A stretch of DNA of 64,000 bases from an uncultured Acidobacteriota bacterium (GCA_963702425.1 CAVPCQ010000029.1:1-64000), one strand, 5' to 3'; shown: positions 1-12,695, counted from the first letter of the stretch. The notes: a model not told the origin generated them from the letters alone. Numbers and translations: made by a program.

Positions 1-2
1 AA

Positions 3-227
3 GGCACGACGGTCTCGGCGAAATGCGCGTCGAAGTCCTACCCCGCCGTCACCACCGACAAGACCGGCAGTTATCACATCGTCCTGGAAGAGACGGGCAA
101 GTGTTCGCTGACGGTGACCTTCAAGGGCCAGTCGGCCGACGTCGCGATCGTCTCGTACGACGATGCGGCCCAGGTCGACCTGGTGCTCGAGGTGAAGGAC
201 GGCAAGCTCACCGCCCACCGCAAGTAG
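3..227 (+). CDS. 3' end of a small beta-rich protein (carboxypeptidase-regulatory-like domain possible), partial at window edge
   Basis: Not in the ORF track. The frame from nt 3 reads GTTVSAKCASKSYPAVTTDKTGSYHIVLEETGKCSLTVTFKGQ...HRK* with GC3-rich codons and TAG at 225-227; TTDxxGxY is typical of this fold. Confidence 0.6.
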   Translation, partial: GTTVSAKCASKSYPAVTTDKTGSYHIVLEETGKCSLTVTFKGQSADVAIVSYDDAAQVDLVLEVKDGKLTAHRK

Positions 228-247
228 GCACCCCGGGAGCCCTGCGC

Positions 248-1171
248 ATGACGGAGCCGGCCAGGAAGAAGGACTTCTGGGACAAGATCGCGGTCCTGTT
301 GCACCCGGTGGGCGGGCTGCTGACCGCGACCGCTGTCGCTTTCGTCGGCGTGAAGGGCTCGCAGATCCTCGAGCGGCGCCAGTCGCTGGACACCAACGCG
401 CGCCTCTACTCCGAGCTGATGAGCCGGCGCGAGGAGGCCGAGTCGAGCCTGCGCAAGGACATGCTGGTCTCGATCATCGCGCAGTATCTGCGTCCGACCG
501 ACGGCGACCTCGACGCCAAGGTCCTGAACCTCGAGCTGCTGGCCTACAACTTCCACGACTCGCTCGACCTGCGCCCGCTCTTCTTCGACCTCCAGCGGAA
601 GATCCGGAAGTCGAAGGACGAGGACGGCGCCGAGCTGCAGCAGCGGATCCAGAGCGTCGCCCGGGAGATCACCGCCAAGCAGCTCTTCGCGCTCGAGGGG
701 CACGGCCGGAGCTTCCGCCGCTCGGTCGACCTGGACGAACTGAAGGCGGCCCGCGGCGGTCTCGAGCTCGAGGGGGAGCGGGTCGTCCTCCGCGACACGA
801 GTTCCCTCGTGAACCTGCGGGTCCTGTCGGCCGACCTCGAGCAGCAGCAGTTGCGGGTTCGCCTCGAAGTCCCCGCACCGCCGGACCGGCCCGACCTCGC
901 CGACACCCGCGCGACGTTCGACGTCAGCTACTTCGACTTCCCGATGATCGACAACACGCGCCTGGCCAACGGCCTGCGCTGCGCAGTGACCCTGTCGAAC
1001 TTCTCCCCGGCCGGGGCGGATCTCGCGATCGCCTGCTTCCCCGGCGAGTACGCCAGCCTCAAGGACCGCCCGTACTACGACGAGGTGATCCAGAAGCTGC
1101 GCGAGGCGACCCACGAAGAGGGAGGGGAAGGCGTGCCGGGACTCGAGCCGGAGGCACTGCCGCAGCGGTAG
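248..1171 (+). CDS. hypothetical protein with a single N-terminal membrane anchor (307 aa)
   Basis: ATG at 248 (MTEPARKKDFWDK) follows GGAG; one hydrophobic helix, then a helical region and a beta-rich region; strong codon bias. Confidence 0.75.
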   Translation: MTEPARKKDFWDKIAVLLHPVGGLLTATAVAFVGVKGSQILERRQSLDTNARLYSELMSRREEAESSLRKDMLVSIIAQYLRPTDGDLDAKVLNLELLAYNFHDSLDLRPLFFDLQRKIRKSKDEDGAELQQRIQSVAREITAKQLFALEGHGRSFRRSVDLDELKAARGGLELEGERVVLRDTSSLVNLRVLSADLEQQQLRVRLEVPAPPDRPDLADTRATFDVSYFDFPMIDNTRLANGLRCAVTLSNFSPAGADLAIACFPGEYASLKDRPYYDEVIQKLREATHEEGGEGVPGLEPEALPQR

Positions 1172-1204
1172 AGGCGCGCGGAAGCGTCGCGCGACCGGCG
1201 CCGC

Positions 1205-1903
1205 TCACTCCGCCTGCAGCCGGTATCCCACACCCGGCTCGGTGAGCAGGTAGCGCGGCCGCGCGGGCTCCGGCTCGAGCTTGTGCCGCAGCCCGTGCAT
1301 CTGGACCCGCAGGTGGTGGGTGTTGTCCAGGTAGGCCTGGCCCCAGACCTCCTTCAGGAGCTGCCGGTGGGTGAGGACGCGGCCCGCGTTGCGCGCGAGC
1401 AGCGCCAGCAGCTTGAACTCCGTCGGCGTCAGGTGGATCTCGCGCCCGCCCGCGACGACCTGGTGGCGGGCCACGTCGACGCGCAGATCGCCGACGACGT
1501 AGACCGGCTCTTCCTGTCCCGGCGCCGCCTGGGCGGCGCGGCGCCGCGCGGCGCGCAGGCGCGCCAGCAGCTCCGGGAGCGAGAACGGCTTGGTCAGGTA
1601 GTCGTCCGCGCCGGCGTCGAGCGCGGCGACCTTGTCGGATTCCTGGCCGCGCGCCGAGATCACGAGGATCGGGACCAGCGACCACTCGCGCAGCCGACGC
1701 GTCACGTCGAGCCCGTCGGCGTCGGGCAGACCGAGATCGAGCAGCACGACGTCGACGGTCCGGGCCGCCGCCTGGGCCAGCCCCTCGCGCGCGGTTCCCG
1801 CTTCGACGAGCTCGTAGCCGTGGGCGCCGAGCGACGCGCGGAGGAACCGCCGGATCTGCGGGTCGTCCTCGATCAGCAGGACGACGGGCGGGGTCGCAGT
1901 CAT
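1205..1903 (-). CDS. kdpE: response regulator KdpE (OmpR/PhoB family)
   Basis: LLIEDD...LLDLGLPD...DDYLTKPF receiver plus winged helix (LTPTEF, LLTEPGVGYRL); ATGA overlap with the kdpD stop. Confidence 0.95.
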   Translation of the reverse strand: MTATPPVVLLIEDDPQIRRFLRASLGAHGYELVEAGTAREGLAQAAARTVDVVLLDLGLPDADGLDVTRRLREWSLVPILVISARGQESDKVAALDAGADDYLTKPFSLPELLARLRAARRRAAQAAPGQEEPVYVVGDLRVDVARHQVVAGGREIHLTPTEFKLLALLARNAGRVLTHRQLLKEVWGQAYLDNTHHLRVQMHGLRHKLEPEPARPRYLLTEPGVGYRLQAE

Positions 1904-4602
1904 GCGCTCATGGTACCCGCGGGAGGGGCCTCGAGGGGCATCCGGATGCGGAACAGGGCGCCGCCGCCGGGACGATTCTCGGCCGCGATCGTCCCGCCGT
2001 GGGCCTCGACGATCCCGCGGCAGATTGCCAGCCCCAGCCCAGCTCCGCGCGTTTCGCGCCCCGCCGACCCGCGCCGGAACTTCTCGAAGATCTCCCGCTC
2101 CTCGCTCGGCTCGAGCCCCGGGCCGCGGTCGGCCACGCTCAGCTCGAGCGACGCCCCGTCGGCGCGGGCGGCGATCGCGATCGGCGTCCCGGGGGGCGTG
2201 TAGCGCACCGCGTTCTCGACGAGGTTGATCAGCACCTGCTCGAACAGGACGCCGTCCACGGCGATCAGCGGCAGGTCGGCCGGCAGGTCGAGTTGCAGCT
2301 CGCGCCCGTCCAGCCGCCGGCCGAGCCGGTGGATCGCCGCGCCGACGATCTCCTCGAGCGACTGCCACTCGCGCCGCGGCGCCAGCGTGTCGGTCGTCAG
2401 GCGCGTCATGTCGAGCAGGTTGCCGACCAGCCGCGCGAGGCGCTCGGCCTCGTCGTAGATCATCTCGGTCAGCTCGCGGCGCGCCGCCGGCTCGAGCGCC
2501 GGGTCCGGCTCCAGCAGCGTGCTGGCCGCGCCCGTGATCGAGGCCAGCGGGGTGCGCAGGTCGTGCGAGACGGAGCTGAGCAGCGCGCTCTGCAGCCGCT
2601 CGGCCTCGGCGCGCAGCCGCGCGCGCTCGGCGTCGGCCGCGAGCCGCTCGCGCTCGAGCGCCAGCGCGAGCTGGTTGCCGAAGGCCTCGAGCAGGTGCAC
2701 CTGGTCCGGTCGCAGCGGGCGCCGGTCGGCGGGCGCGAGCAGCGCCAGCACGCCCACGGCCCCGCGCGCCGTGACGAGCGGGAGGTGAATCGCGGCCGCG
2801 CCCGGCAGCGTGTCCGTGCCCCAGCCGGCGCGCTGATTGTGCTGGAAGGTCCACGCGGCGACCGCCTGTTCGTCGTCGGTTCGGAGGGGCGGGTGTCCCG
2901 CGCCCTCGACCAGGACCAGCCGGTCCTCGCTGCCCGGCAGGTAGATCGCGACCGGCAGCTCGAACAGGGCGCCGATCTTGCGGGCTGCCGCGGCCGCGAG
3001 CGCATCCGCCGAACCGGTGGCCGCCAGCTCTCGGCTCAGCGAGTGCAGCGCGACGGCTTCCTGCTCGTGACGGCGCGCCGCCAGGGCCTGGTCGCGGATC
3101 CGTGCGGTCAGCGTCCCGATCAGCAGCCCGATCACGAGCATCACGCCGAACGTGACGACGAACTCCGAGTCGGAGACCGCCAGGGTCAGGTACGGCGGAA
3201 CGGAGAAGAAGTCGAAGGCAGCGACGCCGAGCAGCGACGCGAGGGCGGCCGGCCCGCGTCCCCAGCGCGCCGCGACGGCCGCCACGGCGAGCAGGTAGAG
3301 CATCGCGATGTTGGAGGGCGCCAGGACCGGGTACGCGAAGTGGGCGACGATCGCCGTGAGCGCCACGGTGGCCGCGGCGCCTCCGTACCGGTACCAGGGG
3401 ACCGGCGCCCGGGCCCCGCGCGCGGCGGCCGAGGACGGCGGTCCCTCGGACCCCCCGGCCGCGCCCGCGACGACGCTCATCTCGATCTCACCGCTGTTCC
3501 GCACCAGCTCGTCCACGAACGAGCCGAGCAGCCGGTCGCGCCACCAGAAGCGGCCCGGCTTGCCGACGACGATGCGGGTCGCGTTGCGCCGGCGAGCGTA
3601 CGCCAGCAGTTCCTCAACCGGGTCATGACCGTCCAACCGGACCGTCTCGCCGCCGAGGCTCTCGGCCAGGCGCAGGGCGTTCGGGGCGTACTCGCGGTCG
3701 GCCGGAGGAAGCGCCTGCTGCCGCGGCGTGTCGACCCAGACGACGGTCCACTCCGCGCGAAGGCGCGCCGCCATGCGGCTCCCGGCACGGACGATCTGCA
3801 TCGCCGACGGGCTCGAGCTGATGCTGACGACCAGTCGCTCGGTCACCGGCCAGGTCGTCTCGCGGGCTTCCGAGCGGCGCCAGACCTGCATCTGGGCGTC
3901 CACCCGGTCGGCGGTCGTGCGCAGCGCCAGTTCCCGCAGCGCGATCAGGTTTCCCTTCCGGAAGAACTTCTCGAGCGCGTGGCCGACGGTCTCCGGCAGG
4001 TAGACCTTGCCGTCGCGCAGCCGCTCCAGCAGCTCGTCCGGTGGGAGGTCGATCAGCTCGATCTCGTCGGCCTGGTGCACGAAGGTGTCGGGAAGCGTCT
4101 CCCGGACCGGTACCCCCGTGATCTGCGCGACGACGTCGCTCAGGCTCTCGAGGTGCTGCACGTTGAGCGTCGTCCAGACGTCGATCCCGGCCTGCAGCAG
4201 CTCCGCGACGTCCTGCCAGCGCTTGGCGTGCCGGCTCCCCGGGGCGTTGGTGTGGGCCAGCTCGTCGACGAGGATCAGCGCGGGACGCCACGCCAGCGCA
4301 CCGTCGAGGTCAAACTCCGAGAGGGTGACGCCGCGGTAGGCGACCGGCTGCGGCGGGAGCCGCTCGAGGCCCTTGAGCAGCGCCTCGGTCTCGGCCCGGC
4401 CGTGCGTCTCGACCCAGCCCACGAGCACCGGCAGGCCGAGCGCGCGGCGCTCCTGCGCCCCCTGCAGCATCGCGTAGGTCTTGCCGACCCCGGCGGACAT
4501 GCCGAGGAAGATCTTCAGCCGGCCGCGTGCGCTGCGCCCCTCTTCCTCGCGCACCCGTTCGAGGAGGGCGTCGGGATCGGGGCGCTGGGTGTCGTTCGTC
4601 AT
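1900..4602 (-). CDS. kdpD: sensor histidine kinase KdpD
   Basis: GRLKIFLGMSAGVGKTYAML, VDELAHTN, Usp domain, 4 TM, GAF, SHDLRTPL H-box, NAVRY and GAGLGL boxes. Confidence 0.97.
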   Translation of the reverse strand: MTNDTQRPDPDALLERVREEEGRSARGRLKIFLGMSAGVGKTYAMLQGAQERRALGLPVLVGWVETHGRAETEALLKGLERLPPQPVAYRGVTLSEFDLDGALAWRPALILVDELAHTNAPGSRHAKRWQDVAELLQAGIDVWTTLNVQHLESLSDVVAQITGVPVRETLPDTFVHQADEIELIDLPPDELLERLRDGKVYLPETVGHALEKFFRKGNLIALRELALRTTADRVDAQMQVWRRSEARETTWPVTERLVVSISSSPSAMQIVRAGSRMAARLRAEWTVVWVDTPRQQALPPADREYAPNALRLAESLGGETVRLDGHDPVEELLAYARRRNATRIVVGKPGRFWWRDRLLGSFVDELVRNSGEIEMSVVAGAAGGSEGPPSSAAARGARAPVPWYRYGGAAATVALTAIVAHFAYPVLAPSNIAMLYLLAVAAVAARWGRGPAALASLLGVAAFDFFSVPPYLTLAVSDSEFVVTFGVMLVIGLLIGTLTARIRDQALAARRHEQEAVALHSLSRELAATGSADALAAAAARKIGALFELPVAIYLPGSEDRLVLVEGAGHPPLRTDDEQAVAAWTFQHNQRAGWGTDTLPGAAAIHLPLVTARGAVGVLALLAPADRRPLRPDQVHLLEAFGNQLALALERERLAADAERARLRAEAERLQSALLSSVSHDLRTPLASITGAASTLLEPDPALEPAARRELTEMIYDEAERLARLVGNLLDMTRLTTDTLAPRREWQSLEEIVGAAIHRLGRRLDGRELQLDLPADLPLIAVDGVLFEQVLINLVENAVRYTPPGTPIAIAARADGASLELSVADRGPGLEPSEEREIFEKFRRGSAGRETRGAGLGLAICRGIVEAHGGTIAAENRPGGGALFRIRMPLEAPPAGTMSA

Positions 4603-4661
4603 CGGTCGGTCGCAGCCCTTTCATGCTAACGCCGCCGGCACCGCGGGGGCGCCGGGGGTGG

Positions 4662-5258
4662 TCAGTGCTCTGCCTCCGGCTTCGCCGTACCCCGCTCGTC
4701 GAGGGCGAGGTTGAGCGCCAGCACGTTGACGCGCGGCTCGCCGAGCAGGCCCAGGTCGCGCTCCCGCGTCGCCGCCGCCACCAGCCTCCGCACCGCGGCT
4801 TCGTCCAGCCCGCGGAGCCGTGCGACGCGCGGGACCTGGAACGCCGCCGCGGCCGGGCTGATGTCGGGGTCGAGGCCGCTGCCCGAAGCGGTCACGAGAT
4901 CGATCGGCACGAGCGCCGTCTGTCCGGGGTCCGCGGCCCGGAGCGCCTCGACCCGTGCCCGGACCGCCTCGAACTTCGCGGGGTTCGTCGGGCCGACGTT
5001 CGAGCCAGAGGAGGCCGCCGCGTTGTACGCGACGGGACCCGTCGCCGAGGGGCGGCCCCAGAAGTAGCGCTGGTCGTCGAACGGTTGGCCGATCAGGCGC
5101 GAGCCGACCGTTCGGCCGTGCCGCTCGATCAGGCTGCCGCCGGCCGCGCGCGGGAAGAAGAGCGCCCCGATGCCGGTCACGGCCAGCGGGTAGATCACGC
5201 CGGTGACGATCGTCAGCACCAGCAGCATCACGAGCGGGACCTTCAGTTCGCGGCCCAC
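4662..5258 (-). CDS. kdpC: K+-transporting ATPase subunit C
   Basis: [43 protein letters not shown]. Confidence 0.97.
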   Translation of the reverse strand: MGRELKVPLVMLLVLTIVTGVIYPLAVTGIGALFFPRAAGGSLIERHGRTVGSRLIGQPFDDQRYFWGRPSATGPVAYNAAASSGSNVGPTNPAKFEAVRARVEALRAADPGQTALVPIDLVTASGSGLDPDISPAAAAFQVPRVARLRGLDEAAVRRLVAAATRERDLGLLGEPRVNVLALNLALDERGTAKPEAEH

Positions 5259-5268
5259 GGCAGGCTCC

Positions 5269-7341
<2,073 letters not shown>

Positions 7342-7343
7342 CG

Positions 7344-9096
7344 TCAGTGCCCCGCGGAAGCGAACTGGAGCTGCTCGACGATCGGTCCCAGGGCGAAGGC
7401 CGGGACGAAGTTGAGCGCCCCCACGATCAGGACGACGCCGAGCAGCAGCGCTACGAACAGCGGCGTGTGGGTCGGCAGCGTCCCGGCGCCCGGGGCCACG
7501 AACTTCTTCGCGGCGAGCGACCCGGCGATCGCCAGCACCGGGACGACGATGAAGTAGCGGCCGAACAGCATGCACAGGCCGAGCGCAGTGTCGTAGAACG
7601 GGACGTTGGCGGAGAGCCCGGCGAAGGCACTGCCATTGTTGTTGGCGGCCGAGAGGAAGGCGTAAAGGATCTCGCTGAAGCCGTGCGGCCCGGGGTTCGC
7701 CGTCCCGGCGGCGCCGGCCACGGTCGAGACCGCGATCGCGGTCCCGACCAGCGCCGCGATCGGCGAGACGAGGATCCCGAGCGCCGCCATCTTCGTCTCG
7801 TACGACTCGATCTTCTTGCCCAGGTACTCGGGTGTCCGGCCGACCATCAGCCCGGAGATGAACACGGTCACGATCACGAACAGCAGCATCCCGTAGAGCC
7901 CTGACCCGACCCCGCCGAAGGCGACCTCGCCGAGCGCCATCAGCGTCATCGCCGCCAGGCCTCCGAGCGGGTTGAAGGAGTCGTGCATCGCGTTGACCGA
8001 GCCGTTCGAGGCGGCGGTCGTCGCGGCGGCCCAGGTCGCCGAGCCGGCGATGCCGAAGCGGACCTCCTTCCCCTCCATGTTGCCGCCGGGGTTCCCGGCC
8101 GCGGCCGCCTGGTCGACGCCGAGGCCGGCCATCCCGGGGTTCGGCTGCGCCTCGGACCAGGCGGCGAGCGCGAGGAAGAGGCCGAGCAGCACGAGCATCG
8201 CCGCGTAGAGCGCCCAGCCCTGGCGCATGTCCTTCACCCAGTGCCCGAAGCTGAAGCAGAGCGCCGCCGGGATCAGCAGGATCGCCAGCATTTCGAGGAA
8301 GTTCGACAGCGGCGTGGGGTTCTCGAAGGGGTGGGCCGAGTTGACGTTGTAGTACCCGCCGCCGTTGGTGCCGAGCTGCTTGATCGCCACCTGCGAGGCG
8401 ACCGGGCCCAGCGCGAGCCGCTGGCTCGCGACCGGCTGCCCCTGGGCATCCACCGCCGGCTGGAGCAGCGGGACGTCGCGACTCCCCGAGAGCGTCTGGA
8501 CCACCCCCTGCGAGACGAGCGCGACCGCGAGGAGCAGCGACAGCGGCAGCAGCACGTAGAGCGTGCCGCGCACCAGGTCGGCCCAGAAGTTGCCGATCGT
8601 TCCCGCGGAGCGGCGCACGATCCCGCGGACCAGCGCCATCAGGACCGCGATCCCAGCGGCCGCCGAGACGAAGTTCTGGACCGTCAGTCCCAGCATCGCG
8701 CTGAGGGTGCTGATCGTCGTCTCGCCGCCGTAGGACTGCCAGTTGGTGTTGGTGGCGAAGCTCGTCGCGGTGTTGAAGGCGAGGTGCGGCGAGGTCCCGG
8801 GGAGCTGGTCGGGATTGAGCGGCAGGATCCCCTGCACGCGCAGCAGCGCGTAGAGCGCGACCATCCCGGCGGCGTTGAACAGCAGGAAGGACAGCGCGTA
8901 CTCCTTCCACGTCATCTCGCGCGCCGGGTCGGCTCCCGCGAGCCGGTAGACGAGCCGCTCGAGCGGCCCGAGGGCGCGCGAGTAGCCACGACCGCTCCCC
9001 ATCGAGCGCGCGCGCGATCGGGCGCCCGAGCAGCCAGCCGCCGGCCGTCAGCAGGACCAGGTAGAGCGCGATCTGCAGCAGACCGTTGGTGGTCAT
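7344..9096 (-). CDS. kdpA: K+-transporting ATPase subunit A, with a +1 frameshift near 8983
   Basis: N-terminus [13 protein letters not shown]...GERSW in one frame; [10 protein letters not shown]...[25 protein letters not shown] in the next frame. Removing T8983 restores W-L-S-R. Confidence 0.93.
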
Positions 9097-9179
9097 CAGA
9101 ATCGCTCCGGCAGCAGCAGCGCGTAGACGAGGTAGGCGGCGAGCGCGATCGCGAGCAGCAGCCCCAGCAGCAGGATCAC
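9096..9179 (-). CDS. kdpF: K+-transporting ATPase subunit F (27 aa)
   Basis: GTG start, [26 protein letters not shown]; YLxxALxxPERF is the KdpF signature; stop abuts the kdpA start. Confidence 0.92.
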   Translation of the reverse strand: MILLLGLLLAIALAAYLVYALLLPERF

Positions 9180-9274
9180 TTGAACGACTCCCGGGAGCGG
9201 TCGCAGACGACCAGGAACCCCCACGTCAGGGCGAAGAACCCGACGATCACGGCGACGTAGAGCAGATCGGACAC
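9176..9274 (-). CDS. 32-aa hydrophobic peptide upstream of kdpF
   Basis: [32 protein letters not shown]; RBS AGGAAGGAG before the GTG; GTGA overlap with the kdpF start; not in the ORF track. Confidence 0.75.
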   Translation of the reverse strand: MSDLLYVAVIVGFFALTWGFLVVCDRSRESFK

Positions 9275-9299
9275 GGCGGCGCTCCTTCCTGTGAACGCA

Positions 9300-9372
9300 G
9301 GAAGGTATAGCCCGTGGGGGCATCAGCGGGTTGTCAGGAATGCGCGCGCCGGCGTCAGGATCCCGTCAAGAT
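9300..9372 (-). promoter_or_regulatory. kdp promoter with phased direct repeats (probable KdpE operator)
   Basis: Minus strand TCTTGACG-GGA-TCCTGACG and TCCTGACA-ACC-CGCTGATG, half-sites spaced 11, 21 and 11 bp, followed by -10-like TACCTT at 9307-9302. Confidence 0.55.
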
Positions 9373-9416
9373 CGGGTCCGGTTCCGCGGCAGCGAAAGGA
9401 ACGGGCCGTTGCGGAC

Positions 9417-10617
9417 TCAGCGCACCAGGTACAGCCGCTCCTGCGGCCGCGACAGCCACTCCGCGCCGTCGGCCGTCACCGCCACGATCTCCTCGCAGGT
9501 CGCGATCCCGTGCCCCTCGATCGGCAGCCGCGGCTCGATCGTGTAGCACTGGTCCTTCTCGACGAGCGAATCGGGCAGCGTCCCGTAGCGCTCCCAGCGC
9601 GGGCAGAGCAGGCCGGCGCCGTCGTGCGCGGTGCGGCCGATCTGGTGGCCGAGGGCGTGCGGGTACTCGGGGTAGCCGCGGTCCGTGATGTACGAGCGCG
9701 CGACCGTGTCGGCCTCGACCCCCTTCACCCCCGGCTTCAGGAACGCCTTGGCCGCGCGGATCGACTCGACGATCGTGTCGAAGCCGCGCTGCACCGCCGC
9801 CGGCGCCGCCGTCTCGCCCGGGCGGAGGAAGTACCAGGTGCGCTGCAGGTCCGAGCAGTAGTCGTCCTTCTTCACGCCGAAGTCGACGTTCATCACGTGC
9901 CCCGGCTCGATCGGCCGGTCGGTCGGGCCGGCGTGCGCGCCGGCCGACTCGGGGCCGGTGAAGACGGCGGGGCAGTGGTCCGGGTCCCAGGCCAGCGCGA
10001 GGCCGCCGATCCGGTCCATCTCCTCGCAGATCAGCGCCGCGACCTGCTTCTCCGTCAGCCCGGCGCGAAGGCGCGGCGTCAGCCGGTCGAAGATGTCGCA
10101 GGTCAGCGCGCAGGCCGCGGCGATCCGTGCCCGCTCGCTGGCCGACTTGCGGCCGCGCAGCGCGGCGACGATCCGCTCGGACGACTCGAGCCGGCGCGGC
10201 GTAGGGCGTCCCCTCGAGCGCGGCGACGAGCGTCAGGTACATCCCGTGCGTCAGGCCGTCGGCCATCGTGTCATTGACGGAGTGGTTGATCGCGATCCGC
10301 TTCGGGTCGAGCCGCTCCAGCACCTGACGCAACTCGCCCGACACGCCGCCGACGTAGCCGATGATCTCGGCGTAGTGGCCGTGCATCTCCTGGTTGGCCT
10401 TGTCGAGGCTGCCGACGATCGCGATCCGATCGCCCCGCGGCGTCAGGAGGAAAGCCGACTGCCAGGTGACGTTCGGCCCGACGACCAGGTCGAAGCACGG
10501 GTCGTGCAGCGTGGCCGACTCGCGCGCGAACAGCAGCCAGGCGTCGAAGCCCGTCTCCTTCAGGATCTGGGGGACCTGCGCCAGCTTCTCGTCGACCATC
10601 GGGTTGCCGATGCCCAT
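9417..10617 (-). CDS. Xaa-Pro aminopeptidase / M24 family metallopeptidase, +1 frameshift near 10193
   Basis: Creatinase-like N-domain, then DFG..YCSDLQRT, HALGHQIG..AHD, TIEP and CEE metal ligands; the halves join if one base is removed in GCG-CCGG-CTC. Confidence 0.88.
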
Positions 10618-10681
10618 CGCTCGCACCTCCGGGAGGCGGACATGGTAGCGCGAGAGCGGCGTCCGGGCGCGGGACGAGCCC

Positions 10682-11488
10682 CTACGGCATCAACCCCTGC
10701 TTCCGCAGCATCTCCCGGGCGACCTCCCGCGCACGGCGCCCGTCGATCCCGTCCTCTTCCCCGACCAGGTTGACGGCGAAGACGTACTCGCCCTTCGGCC
10801 CCTTGACGTCGCCCACGAACCACGCCAGCCGTCGCCTGTCGGACCACTCCCCGGAACCGGTCTTGCCGCTGAGGGTGACGCCCTCCGCGTCGGACTGGAC
10901 GAGGATCTTCTTCACCGTCGCCATCACCTCGGGCCGGAAGGGCAGCTCGCCGCGGTAGAGCTTCGCCAGGAACGCCGCCTGCTCGTCGGCCGAGATCAGG
11001 AGCGACGACATCAGCCAGAACCTCTGCTGCCCGCCGGAGATGTCGCGGTTGCCGTACCCGACACGGTCGAGCCAGGCCTGCATCCGGCGGGGGCCGATCT
11101 CGTCCGCGACCCGCCGGAAGTACCAGACGACGGAGTCGCGCATCGCGCTGGCCAGGGTCTGGTCGCGGTTCCAAGCCTCGCGACCGCGGTCCTCGCCGTC
11201 CCAGCGGTACTTCGTGTTCTCGTCGGTCAACACGCCGGTCTGGAGGCCGATCAGCGCGTTGAGGATCTTGAAGGTCGAGCAGGGGGAGAGCCGCTCCGCA
11301 CACTGGGCGTCGCCCTCGCGGAGCACCGGCTTCCCCGTCGCCAGGTCCACGAGGAGCAGGCAGCGCGTCGGAGCCGGGGGAGGGGTGGGGGCCGGGGGAT
11401 CCGTCTGGGCCCGCGCGGTGCAGAGACCGGACCCCAGGACCAGGAGGAGCGTGACGACCCGAGCAGCGTTCATGACGGGCATTCTCAT
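10682..11488 (-). CDS. secreted class D beta-lactamase-like (OXA/BlaR-sensor-type) serine enzyme
   Basis: RBS GGAGGGAGG, signal peptide, PCSTFK, SVV, YGN and KTG motifs in the expected order; 268 aa. Confidence 0.85.
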   Translation of the reverse strand: MRMPVMNAARVVTLLLVLGSGLCTARAQTDPPAPTPPPAPTRCLLLVDLATGKPVLREGDAQCAERLSPCSTFKILNALIGLQTGVLTDENTKYRWDGEDRGREAWNRDQTLASAMRDSVVWYFRRVADEIGPRRMQAWLDRVGYGNRDISGGQQRFWLMSSLLISADEQAAFLAKLYRGELPFRPEVMATVKKILVQSDAEGVTLSGKTGSGEWSDRRRLAWFVGDVKGPKGEYVFAVNLVGEEDGIDGRRAREVAREMLRKQGLMP

Positions 11489-11558
11489 CCTCCCTCCGGT
11501 TCCCTGCACGCCGTACGCTCGAATCACGGCCAGGCGCACGGCGCCTCGGGGTCGCCGC

Positions 11559-12695
11559 TCAACGCGGCCGCTGCGGTGCCCGGACCGCCATGATGGCCGC
11601 GGGTCCGCGGGCCGCCACCGGCGACGCGCCCGCGGCACGGGCCGGCCGCGGCCTTCGCGGGCGCGCGCGGCCGGCGAGTTCCGCGCCCAGTCCCGCCGCA
11701 CATGCGAGCTGGTCGACGAAGAGCAGCAGCGGAAAGAGCGCGGCACCGCGGATCCGGTCGCGCCTTGCCGCGAGGAGAAAACGCGCGTTGACCAGCGGGT
11801 GTAGCGCCAGCGCGGTGGCCGCTCCCGGCAGGAGCGCCGGCACGGCGGCGCTGCCGGCGAGCAGCAGCACGGCGGTCCCCGCGATCACCACGCCGCTGCA
11901 GAAAGACCGATCGACGTTCGCCCAGCTCCAGCGGCGCAGCGCGCCGAGCAGGCCGTGCCTCGCGAGCGCGGTGCGGAACCACCCGCGGGAGCGGCCGAAG
12001 TCGTTGACGACGAGCCGTCCGAGGTCGAAGCGCTTGAGGTGGGCGATCTCCAGTCGCGGATCGGCGGCGATGACGCAGCCGGCCGCCGCGAGGCGCCGCC
12101 CGAGGTCGAGATCCTCGCCCTCGGCCAGCGTGAGCGCGTGGTCGAAGAAACCGGCGCGCTCGAGGCTCTCCCGGCGCACGACCGCGACGGAGGTGTTCAT
12201 CCAGTCGAGCGGGCCGCCGGCGTGGAGCGTCGAATGGCGGATCCAGTAGTTCTTGTAGCGGGCGACCAGGCCCGGCAGGTGGTCCCCCCGGTCGTAGACT
12301 CCGAACAGCGCGTCGGGCCCGCCGGCCGCCACGCGACGGGCGGCGGGCGCGAGCACCCGCGGCGCGACGACGACGTCGGCATCGAGAAAGACCACGACCG
12401 ATCCGTGCGTCTCGCGAATGCCGGTATTGCGGGCCGCCGCCGCGCTGTGCCGGCCGGCCGAAGGCACCACGGTCACGCCCCGTGCGGCCGCGACGGCACG
12501 CGTGGCGTCCGTCGAGTGATCGTCGACGACGACGAGTTCCCAACCCGGCGGGAGTTCGGCCAGCGCATCGAGCGTCGCGCCGAGCGTCGCCTCCGCGTCG
12601 CGGACCGGGACGATGACCGACACGCTCTCGGTCGGCCCGCACTCGGGGCCGGTCCGGGCTGCAGCGAGCACCGCGGCGCGCGAGGCGGCGACCAT
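11559..12695 (-). CDS. family 2 glycosyltransferase with C-terminal membrane helices
   Basis: VSVIVPV, VVVDDHSTD, ARNTG, FLDAD, GEDLDL; start uncertain (ORF open to 12734). Confidence 0.88.
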   Translation of the reverse strand: MVAASRAAVLAAARTGPECGPTESVSVIVPVRDAEATLGATLDALAELPPGWELVVVDDHSTDATRAVAAARGVTVVPSAGRHSAAAARNTGIRETHGSVVVFLDADVVVAPRVLAPAARRVAAGGPDALFGVYDRGDHLPGLVARYKNYWIRHSTLHAGGPLDWMNTSVAVVRRESLERAGFFDHALTLAEGEDLDLGRRLAAAGCVIAADPRLEIAHLKRFDLGRLVVNDFGRSRGWFRTALARHGLLGALRRWSWANVDRSFCSGVVIAGTAVLLLAGSAAVPALLPGAATALALHPLVNARFLLAARRDRIRGAALFPLLLFVDQLACAAGLGAELAGRARPRRPRPARAAGASPVAARGPAAIMAVRAPQRPR

